DNA of 59,164 bases, from positions 106,121,548 to 106,180,711 of the forward strand of contig NC_057717.1 in the NCBI RefSeq assembly GCF_004010195.1. The letters are read 5' to 3'. Below the pieces are notes generated by a model that was not told where the DNA came from, ran no database searches, and was given only the letters and a program-made list of their open reading frames with translations. Of the stretch, positions 49,289-59,164 are shown piece by piece (positions within the stretch are counted from its first letter, which is position 1; every line of letters starts with the position of its first letter). The position numbers and the translations under genes were made by a program. This DNA is from Chiloscyllium plagiosum (Eukaryota).

Positions 49289-50292
49289 ACCACAGGTTAG
49301 ATTTGTTGTCGGGGATTGGTGGGAGTCCATTGATAGAAGAGGTCGAAATAGACAGGAAGAGAATAGAGCAAGTAAAAACAATGCTTCAGAGGGAGTTCAT
49401 CAAATTGCAGACAAGTTGTTTCCAGACTGGAGCTGTAAAGGATAAAAAAACTATGCTAAAGTTAATTCCGGTTGCAGAGAAAAAAAAGGGAGCAAACATT
49501 CCCAGAAGGGAGGGTGGGGAATTATGAACGTAAGTAAATAGCTATAGCTTTGCCAATAGCGTACAAAGCAGAATGTGAGAGGAAGCCATTTAAGGTTTGA
49601 CCAGCAAACTCCTTGTGCAGTTTGGGCCGGTTACAGGATATTCGCATATCCTGTCCCACAGTAGCTGGCTGGGTAGTAGCGTTAAAAGGAGAGTTATACG
49701 GCCATTATCAGCGCAAGAGTTCCCTGATAAAAGGGAAGTGAAAAGAGGCAAACAGGCAGGCACCTATTGAAGTTGCATTCTTTGAGTTAATATTACGAAG
49801 TGCTATCTCCCTCATAATACAACTGTCTCCAGTGAATGGAAGGAAGAGGTAATTGAAAGCAGGGATGTTATCTCCCTCCATCCAGAAGCTATAGGAGCAA
49901 ATGCTGAAGAAGGTTAAAATAAAAGTAACAAAATAGTAGATGTTAGAAATCTGACATAAAAACAACACAAAATGCTGGAAAACACTGCAGAGCTGGCTGG
50001 CATTTACTCAAAGAAACTGTTAAAAGGAATTCACAAATAGCATTTCACATGCTGATATTTTTCAGGATATTCTTTCTTAAAATGGCTTTATTCTTATAGA
50101 AATTGTTAATGTAATGTTTATGATGAAAGTACTTACAATGCTCAGAATTCAGTTCTTAAACTCTACATATTCATGTAAGGATGCAACCTTTCACCATTTA
50201 TGCATATACTCCTACATGCCCTTAATTGCTACATTATTGAACTTCATAGGTGGCACTAAAACACATAACATTGCATGGAATTCTTAAATGTT

Positions 50293-50591
50293 TTAGATTA
50301 CTTTACAATGTGGAAACAGGCCCTTCGGTTCACACCCACCCGCCGAAGCACAACCCACCCATACCCCTACATTTACCCCTTACCTAACACTACGGACAAT
50401 TTAGCATGGCCAATTCACCTGACCTGCACATCTTTGGACTGTGGGAGGAAACCGGAGCACCCGGAGGAAACCCACGCAGACACGGGGAGAATGTGCAAAC
50501 TCCACACAGTCAGTCGCCTGAGGCGGGAATTGAACCCAGGTCTCTGGCGCTGTGAGGCAGCAGTGCTAACCACTGTGCCACCGTGCCGCCC
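50293..50591 (-). mobile_element. HE1-like SINE (young, CpG-rich)
   Basis: Same family with CpGs retained. Confidence 0.9.
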
Positions 50592-50739
50592 ACCATGTTG
50601 TATCTACAGAGAAAGTAGATATAATTTTTGACATATCTTTAACAGAATAAATCGTGCTTTGCACTTTTAGGAATACAAACTGATAATACAGAATGTACCT
50701 TCCCAGTAGCACCGTTTTGAAAGGAGAACAAAAGAACAG

Positions 50740-51660
50740 TGTATTATTTAAATGAAGGAAAACAGTGGAAAGCTGCAACCAAAGGGACTTGGGGGTATTT
50801 GTGCACAAAGTACAGAATGATAATCATAAAGCTAATGGAATATTTGCCCTTATTTCAAGGGGGTTGGAGTATAAAAACAGGGAGGTCTTACTGCAACTGT
50901 ACAAGGTGCTGGAGAGACCATCTGGAGTACTGACAGCAGTTTTGGTCTCCTTTCTTAAGCAAAGATATTATTTCATTGGAGACAGTTCAGAGAAATTTAA
51001 CTGGGTTAGCCCCTGGTACGGAGGGATTGTCTTGATTAGATTAGATTACTTACAGTGTGGAAACAGGCCCTTCGGCCCAACAAGTCCACACCGACCCGCC
51101 AAAGCGCAACCTACCCAGACCCATTCCCCTACATTTACCCCTTCACCTAACACTATGGGCAATTTAGCATAGCCAGTTCACCTGACCTGCACATCTTTGG
51201 ATTGTGGGAGGAAACCGGAGGAAACCCACGCAGACACGGGGAAAATGTGCAAACTCCACACAGTAAGTCTCCTGAGGCTTAAAAGAATGAGAAGTAATCT
51301 TAAGGATTCTTAAGGGACTTGACAAGGTAAATTCTGAAAGGATGTTTCCCCTCATGAGCAAGTCTAGGAACAGATTGCACAGTCTCAAACTAAAGAGGCA
51401 CCAATTGTAGGCTGACTTGAGGAGGAATTTCTTCCTCAGAGTATTGTGAATCTCTGGAACTCCTTGCTGCAGGGAGATGTATTGGCAGAGTTTTGTATAT
51501 ATTTATAAGGCTGAGTTAGATAGATTCTCGAAAAATCAAGAAATCAAGGGCAGGAAAATGGATGTGAGGAATGTCAGATCAGCCATGATCCTATTGAATG
51601 GTGGAGTCGGCTTGAGACGCTGAACAGCCTAATCGTGTTCCTTTTTTCTGATAGTCTTAT
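50740..51660 (+). mobile_element. CR1 3' fragment interrupted by a SINE (51034-51263)
   Basis: QRDLGVFVH...AFISRGLEYKNREVLLQLYKVL-like peptide. Confidence 0.8.
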
Positions 51661-51968
51661 TAAAATGCATTCCTGTTGAGCTCAGTCTGAGATGCTCAAA
51701 ATTACTTCTACTGTTTATGAACTTTGTGGTGAAGTTGGTGTAAGAAGTTGAAGATGTAAAAGGTGGAGTAATAATGGTAGATCAGGCAGTTGCAGTTGTG
51801 AGCCATTAAGAGCTTAGAAATACATTTGTAAATTACCACTGATCAGTAGTTATTAAATTTCATGTCTTTTTGTATTATAAACCTGAAAGATATTTTCAAA
51901 TTGTCTTTCTGGATCTTTTTCAATCACCTAAACAATGTGCTTCTTTACTTCAAAATATCTGGGTTAAG

Positions 51969-52159
51969 GTATGATGTGGACAGGCTGGTGTTGGACTGGG
52001 GTGGACAAAGTTAAAAATCACACAATACCAGATTATAGTCCAACAAGTTTATTTGGAAGCACTAGCTTTCAGAGCTATCTGATAAATGAGCAGTGCTCCG
52101 AAAGCCAGTGCTTCCAAATAAACATGTTGGACTATAACCTGGTGATGTGTGATTTTTAA
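51969..52159. mobile_element. Palindromic Penelope-derived insert with mutated hammerhead
   Basis: Inverted arms of the same family. TSD CTGGGTTAAG (51959-51968 / 52160-52169). Confidence 0.82.
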
Positions 52160-53090
52160 CTGGGTTAAGATGGTGTTACTTTCCTGACTATCAAATAGAA
52201 ATAATACTGTGCCTGAAGCCTTGATTGAACCATTTTCTTCTCTATTTTTCAAAGGTGACTTGCTGATGATTAAATTTTGCTGCCAATGTGGGAAAAGCCT
52301 GTTTACACTCTTCTTTATGACCAATTCAGTTAAGATTGGTAAGTAAGTGTATAACAAAAAGCTAGTTCAAAACCAAATCAAAACAGTAGGTGATGCAGCA
52401 TATGTTAGCCATTAGATAGAGGTATATATAATGTACCCTGATGGGCAGTTCTGTGGTGTAGTGGTAGGGCCACCACCTCTGAAGTGGGAGACCTTAGATT
52501 TGAGTCCCACATGCTCCAGCAGGTGTGTAATCATATTACCAAATAGATTGTTAAGAAAAAATATAAAGTTTGACACCATACCTTGAGGGATCCTCTTGTA
52601 ATACAGTGGTAGTGTCCCTACTCCTGGACTGAGAAGCCCAGGTTCAAGAGGTGTGTTATCTCCGAACAGGTTGGTTAGGAAAGTAGGTTAAATAAAACAA
52701 AAAGTGTCATGATTAGTGGTGATTTATTTATGATTTCTGATGCTTTTGAGCACTGTTTGGTAATCTAGCATGATTGTTGAAAGGACTTGGCACCGTTATG
52801 CTGGTGTTAGTTATCATGATGCAGAGAGAGTAATTGGGAACAGTGTTCTTAGGGATGTCTGCTCATCCAGCTTGTTATATACACCTGTATGTGTATAAAA
52901 GCCTTATTTAGAATTGGCTTTGATGCAGTTTATAATGGAGTGTGTAAATGAAACTTGCATTGCTTGGGCTTAATGTGGACAAGTTCATCATTTAGAGCCC
53001 TAATTTTGAGCTGAACCTACTATGGATTTATCTCAAGATGACTTATCAAGATTTATTCGGTCAGTCTCAGGATGGGCAGAACTTTCTATT

Positions 53091-53516
53091 AGGTAAAAAC
53101 AATGACTGCAGATGCTGGAAACCAGATTCTGGATTAGTGGTGCTGGAAGAGCACAGCAGTTCAGGCAGCATCCAAGGAGCTTCGAAATCGACGTTTCGGG
53201 CAAATGCCCTTCATCAGGAATAAAGGCAGTGAACCATGAAGCGTGGAGAGATAAGCTAGAGGAGGTTGGGGGTGGGGAGAGAGTAGCATAGAGTAGCTTC
53301 AGGGCAGAGGAAATGACCTGGGAGTTGCAGTGGGAGAGGGACTCCCTGAGATTCTTGTAGAGAGAGGAGGAAAACTTCTTCAAGGCAGGCATCCTTGCAA
53401 GAGGATTCGCAGTAGGGTTAAAATCAACGAGGTAAAAACAATGACTGCAGATGCTGGAAACCAGATTCTGGATCAGTAGTGCTGGAAGAGCACAGCAGTT
53501 CAGGCAGCATCCAAGG
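53091..53516 (-). mobile_element. Penelope-derived insert with direct terminal repeats and a hammerhead motif (53186-53221, -)
   Basis: A ~85-bp direct repeat at both ends (ggtaaaaacaatgactgcagatgctgg...). TSD ACTTTCTATT (53081-53090 / 53517-53526). Confidence 0.82.
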
Positions 53517-54599
53517 ACTTTCTATTGGCTGATTTAAGCAATGATTGGTGTTTTTGTGGTTTCCCTATGGGATGGCCTTCGAATAGGTCATCCTAAAATT
53601 TCAAATGTTGGAATATTCTGTTTCTAATTTCTGATTAATATTTGAAATGGGATAAGCATTTGAAAAAAATACATACGTTCATCTGGAATGTTCTCAACAA
53701 TATTTGGGTCATCTTACTTCACAAATTTATAAGTTAGAATAAAGCCAGGACCATTTCACATTGAGTTTGAAGTTGCATTGTAAATTGGGTGCCAGAGTTG
53801 ACTGAAGAGAAGCAAACTGAATTCCCTCTCTAGACAGATGACATTATTATTACTGCATGTGATTGGAATCCAAACACCACCACACTTCCATTACAGTTAC
53901 AATGATTACAAGCTTACATTCCTGGTTCCCGATGCTTTTCCAATGATTTCCTATCTATTTTACTTGTCTTCTCTAATTTTCCTGCATATCAAGCTTTTGT
54001 GTCTTTTTAATGTTTCTCTGGAAACTAAACTAGGTAACAAACAGAGCAGTGTTTGATTTAGTGAGGGAGAATATTATTCCAATCTCTACAGGCTGAATTC
54101 CAAAACAATCAAAGATACAATCAGTAAAATCTCTTATCAGTATTTCTGTGTCCCTAAAATATTCTGTCTTTTTCTTAACTGTAAAATTACTGAGTTGAAA
54201 TACTTCAGTGAAGTTCGAAAACATAGTTGGCACGTGTCCAGTACGTTCCACATTTAATTAATCCAGAACCTTCTCAGTGAATTTTCCCCAATAAATACAT
54301 TTTACAGGGAGATGCTGCTTACAGTAGGCTCTTTATTTTGAAAATTCTCCTTTTTTAAATAAAACTCCTGCAGCTCCACAAGTCATAGATGTTTTCCAAA
54401 TTAGTACTGAATAGATATGTGTTGATAGATATGTTCTATACCATATAGAATACTTTCTGAAATGTTAGAGGTACCAAAACTAAGTATTGGGACTTTTGGA
54501 AATCCAAAATAAAAAACAGACAATCCTGAAAATGCTCAAAAGGTCTGACAGTATCTTTGGAGTGGGAACAGTTTATCATCTTTCATCAGAACTTGGTCT

Positions 54600-57500
54600 T
54601 TGACCTGAAAGATTAATTGTGTTGCTCTTAAGAAACTGGAGCAGTAGCTGAATGAACTTCAGATCATTCGGGAGGCAGAGTCTGTAATAGATAAGAGTTA
54701 CAGGGAAGTAATTATTCCTAGGCATGAAGAAAGCTGGGTAACTGTTAGAAGGGCGAAAAACAGTCAGTGCAGGGATCCCCTTTGCCCGTTCCCCTGAAAA
54801 ATAAGAATACAGTTTTAGATACTGTTGGAACTTAGCAGGGGCATGCATTGGGGTGCAGGTCTCTGGCACAGAGTCTGTCCCTGTTGCACAGAAGGGAAGG
54901 GGGTAAAGGAGGAGAGTGTTAGTCACTGGGGACTTAATAGTCAGAGCATCAGATAAGAGGTTTATTGGGAACTAAAGAGACTCATGGTGGTGTGTTGCCT
55001 CCCAGGTGCCAGGGTCTGTGATGTCTCGGCTCGTGTCTTTCGGGTCCTGTGTGGAGAGGGTGACCAGCCGCAAGTCATGTTCCACAAATGTACCAACGAC
55101 ATAGGTCGAAAGAGGGATAGGGATGTAAGGCATGACTTCAGGGAGCTAGGGTGGAAGCTAAGAGCTAGAACAAACAGAGTTGTTATCTCTGGTTATTTAC
55201 CCGTGCCACGTGATAGCATGGCAAAGAACAGGGCGATATATCAGCTTATCACGTGGCTGCAGGGAAGGTGCAGGAGGGAGAGTTTCAGGTATATAGATAA
55301 TTAGGGCTCATCCTGGGGAAGGTGGGACCTCTACAAACAGGATGGTCTTCACTTGAACCAGAAGGGTTCTAATATTCTGGATGGGAAATTTGTTCATTCT
55401 GTTCATGCTAGCTAGCAGGGGGATGGGAATCTATGGTGTAGTTCCAGTGCACAGGAGGATGAGAATAGGGAGGACATGGACAGAATTTCACGGTCACAGG
55501 AGCGTGCTGGCAGACAGCAAGCTTGTTTGAAGTGTGTACTTCAGAAGTACACGGTGGCACGGTGGCACAGTGATTAGCACTGCTGCCTCGTAGCGCCAGA
55601 GACCCGGGTTCAATTCCCGCCTCAGGCGACTGACTGCGTGGAGTTTGCACGTTCTCCCCGTGACTGCGTGGGTTTCCTCGCGCCCGGAGGAAACCCATGC
55701 AGACGCTGGGAGAATGTGCAAACTCCACACAGACAGTTACCTGAGGCAGGAATCGAACCCAGGTCCCTGCTGCTGTGAGGCAGCAGTGCAAACCACTGAG
55801 CCACCATGTCGCCCCAAATCCATTCATTAAGATCAGGGAAGGTAGTAAAAGAGGGGGAGGTGTGGCTTTGTTTGTCAAGGACAGCATGATGGTGGCTGAA
55901 AGAACTTTTGACGAGGATTCATCTACTGAGGCCGAATGGGCTGAGGTTAGAAACAGGAAAGGAGAGTTGGGAGTTTTTTATAGGCCTCCGCAAAGTTCTA
56001 GGGATGTGGAGGAGAGGATTGGCAAAACTATTCTGGGTAGGAGTGAAAGGAACAGGATGGTCATTATGGGGGACTTTAACTTCCTCAACATTGACAGGAA
56101 ATGTTATAACTCTAGTACATTGGATGGATCAGTTTTTGTTCAATGTGTGCAGGAGGGTTTACTGACACAGGGCCCAACAAGAGGGGAGGCCACACTGGAA
56201 CTGGTATTCGGTAATGAACCAGGCTAGGTGTTTGATTTAGTGGTAGGTGAACACTTTTGAGAGAGTGACCATTTTTCAGTTACATTTAGTTTAGCGATGG
56301 AAAGGGATAGGTACATGCCACAAGGCAAGAGTTATAGATGGGGGAAAGGCAATTACAATGCGATTAGGCAAGACTTAGGTGGCATAGAATGGGGTAGCAA
56401 AATGCAGGGGATGGGGACAACTGAAATGGGGAACTGGTGTAAGGAACAGATATTGTGTGTCCATGATAGGTAAGTACCTGTCAGGCAGGGAGACAGTGAT
56501 AAGGTAAGGGATTGTGGTTTATTAAAGAAATTGTATTTATTGTTAAGTGGAAGAGGGAGGCTTATGTGACGTTGAGATGAGATGGTTTAGATGAGGCAAT
56601 GGAGCGTTACAGATTAGCGAGGAAGGATTTAAAGAGAGAGTTAAGAAGAGCGAAGAGGGGACTTTAGCAGGTAGAATAAAGGTGAACCCTAAACCTTTCA
56701 ATAGGTATATGAGGAATAAAAGGATGACAAGGGTTAGTCAAAGACAGAAGTGGAAAGTTGTGTGTGGACCCTGTGGATATCGGAGCGGTGCTAAATGAAT
56801 ATTTCTCTTCTGTTTTCACTCAGGAAAAGGAGAATATTGTAGAGAATAAGACTGAGATACGGGCTATTAGACTAGAAACGATTGAGGTTAGTACGGAAGA
56901 GGTGTTATCAATTCTAGAAGGTGTAAAAGTAAATAAGTCCTCTGGGCCGGATGGGATTCATCTGAGGTTTCTTTGGGAAGCTAGGGAGGAGACGGCGGAG
57001 CCTTTGGCCTTGATCTTTGAGTCATCATTGTCTACAGGTTTAGTACAAGAGGACTGGAGGATTGCAAATGTTGTGCTCTTGTTCAAGAAAGGCAGTAGAG
57101 ATGACCCAAGTAATTATAGACCAGTGAGCCTTATTTCTGTTGTAGGAAATGTTTTGGAAAGGATTATATGAGATATGATTTATAATCACCTAGCAAGCAG
57201 CAATTTGATTGGAGATAGTTAACAGGGTTTCTTCTGGGACAGGTCGTGTCTCACAAACCTTGTTGACTTTTTTTGAGAAGGTGATCAAGCATGTGGATGA
57301 GGGTAGGGCAGTTGATGTGGTATACATGTACATCAGCAAAGCCTTTGATAAGGTTCCACATGGTAGGCCTTTGGAGAAAATGCAGAGGCATGGGATTGAG
57401 GATGATTTAGTAGTTTGGATTAGAAACTGGCTTTTTGTAAGAAGGCAGCGAGTGGTGGTTGTTGGCAAATATTCAGCCTGGAGTCCGGTTACTAGTGGTG

Positions 57501-57850
57501 TGCCACAAGGATGTGTTTTGGGACCATTGCTGTTTGTCGTTTTTATAAATGACTTGGACGCAGACATAGGGGGATGGTTAGTAAGTTTGCAGATGGCACT
57601 AAAGTCAGTGGAGTGGTGGACAGTGTGGAAGAATGTTGCAGGTTGCAGGTAGATTTGGATAATCTGCAGAATTGGGCTGAGAGGTGGCTATTGGAGTTCA
57701 ATGCAGATAAATGTGAGGTGATTCACTTTGGGAAGAATAACAGGAAGGCAGAGTACTGGGTCAATGGAAAGATTCTTGTTGTGGATGTGCGGAGGGATCT
57801 TGGTGTCCATGTATATAGATCCCTGAAAGTTGCTCACATCTCTTTTTAAT
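54600..57850 (+). mobile_element. Large CR1 LINE remnant (ORF1 esterase, ORF2 endonuclease and RT), disrupted
   Basis: VCCLPGARV...TNDIGR (SGNH esterase-like ORF1), RGGGVALFVK...YRPP...MGDFN (APE), KSSGPDGIH...NYRPVSL and KAFDKVPH...[13 protein letters not shown]...FADGTK (RT). Many frameshifts. Confidence 0.92.
55553..55814. mobile_element. Inverted pair of SINE heads inside the CR1
   Basis: A + copy (55553-55680) joined directly to a - copy (55681-55814). Confidence 0.88.
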
Positions 57851-58544
57851 AATTTTCTCACCTCCTCATATTCATGAAACTTATTGACAAAGTGCAGTTG
57901 CACAAGTGAGGACTCTTTCCTAGTTTCTTAGTCAATCAGTTATTTTTTTCTGTCTAAACTATTATGGGCTAGGGTGGGCAACTCATCTGAGGCTGACTCA
58001 ATCCTCATCTACCATCCACACATAAATTACAATCAAAGTAAATGATTGCTGATTAGTGGCTAATTAGCCCTTTCTAATGTGATAATATTGAGGCTACTCA
58101 CTGCCATAAGCAACTGATTCATTGGGTCCACCTTTAGGTAATTATGATAATACCTGTAGCATATCTTAATGGAGAAGGTAAGGAAACAATGCCTATTTAT
58201 CAATGTCGATGTATTTTTAGTTTACTGGCTGAGACTATTACATGGCTTTGAATGGAATTATTTTTGTGAACTTGTGCCCTTTTTGACAGACTGAAAGAAT
58301 TATAGATATTATATAGCAGAGGAGACCATTTGGCCATTTATGCCTGAATCATTAATAGTTCTTCTACACTGAGTATGATGTTGCAGTGGGATTGTTGCAG
58401 TTGAGTTTGCAGTTTCTGGCAACTAAGGAAGCTCAGAACCAGGTTAATAACTAAGACTTTTGAACACATATACTGTCTTAGTATGTCAGTTCCTGGTTAC
58501 ATGAATGATAGATGAGTGAGCAAGCATGATGACTACCTATGTGA

Positions 58545-58723
58545 GGAGGAGAAAGTGAGGACTGCAGATGCTGGTAAAGCACAGCTGGTCAGGCAGCATC
58601 TGAGGAGCAGGAGAGTTGACATTTTGGGAATGTCCTGATGAGGGGCTTATGCCTGAAACATCAGCTCTCCTGCTCTTCTGATGCTGCCTGACCTGCTGTG
58701 CTTTACCAGCGCCACACTTTCGA
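58545..58723. mobile_element. Palindromic Penelope-derived insert with decayed hammerhead
   Basis: Inverted arms around CTGATGAGGGGCTTATGCCTGAAACATC. Confidence 0.78.
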
Positions 58724-58904
58724 CAATTTTAATTTCAGTATTTAAATAGGACATCCCAAATATACAATTAGTTGGGAGCATAACAGAATTAGTGGTAGTA
58801 TAGAGACTAGATGTTCAACAGCTGTATATATTTGAGTGATGTCTCCCTGATAGTTTTGCCGGGATGCTTTTTACACAGAGCCTTCCCTACTGACAGGAAG
58901 ATTT

Positions 58905-59065
58905 AGATGTAGAATCCCTACAGTGTGGAAACAGGCTCTTCGGCCCAACAAGTCTGCGCTGACCCTCCGAAAAGTAACCCACCCAGACCTATTCCCCCAC
59001 TGCTCCACATTTACCCCAGACTAATACACCTAACCGATACATCCCTGAACACTATGGGCAATTTT
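58905..59065 (-). mobile_element. HE1-like SINE 3' part
   Basis: Same family tail. A similar partial copy lies at 1130-1253 (+). Confidence 0.8.
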
Positions 59066-59067
59066 AA

Positions 59068-59164
59068 CAGGAGAAAGTGAGGTCTGCAGATGCTGGAGAT
59101 CAGAGCTGAAAATGTGTTGCTGGAAAAGCGCAGCAGGTCAGGCAGCATCCAGGGAACAGGAGAA
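59068..59164 (-). mobile_element. Penelope-like 3' end running off the window
   Basis: ggagaaagtgaggtctgcagatgctggagatcagagctgaaaatgtgttgctgg, the same terminus as other copies. Confidence 0.7.

Noticed and set aside
54600..57850. Active CR1 element
   Set aside because: Both ORFs are broken by stops, frameshifts and a SINE insertion, and the 3' end is missing.

Overview
Eukaryotic vertebrate DNA, most likely a shark or other elasmobranch (inferred from HE1-like tRNA SINEs, a DeuSINE/SacSINE1-like element and abundant CR1 and Penelope repeats). It has two assembly gaps (7915-8406, 10464-10723). Two convergent protein-coding genes are supported. (1) SPC24, a kinetochore NDC80-complex subunit on +, which I assembled by hand from five coding exons (11317-22352, 198 aa). 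It needs two minor-spliceosome (U12) introns, one AT-AC and one GT-AG, and has a CDE/CHR plus E2F-type promoter near 10.35 kb. (2) S1PR5, a sphingosine-1-phosphate receptor on -, with a single coding exon (46946-48082). The rest is mostly transposon debris: CR1, Rex1/Babar, L2-like and RTE-like LINEs, SINEs, a complete but frameshifted hAT (Buster/Charlie) transposon with TIRs and TSD, an internally deleted Gypsy LTR element and two minisatellites. The most unusual signal is a population of short, TSD-bounded, often palindromic Penelope-derived inserts carrying minimal hammerhead-ribozyme cores. One forms a ~165-bp hairpin inside a U12 intron of SPC24. Another lies in sense in the probable S1PR5 5'UTR with its cleavage site mutated. 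I found no evidence of a wholly new protein-coding system. All family assignments come from recalled motifs, not database searches.
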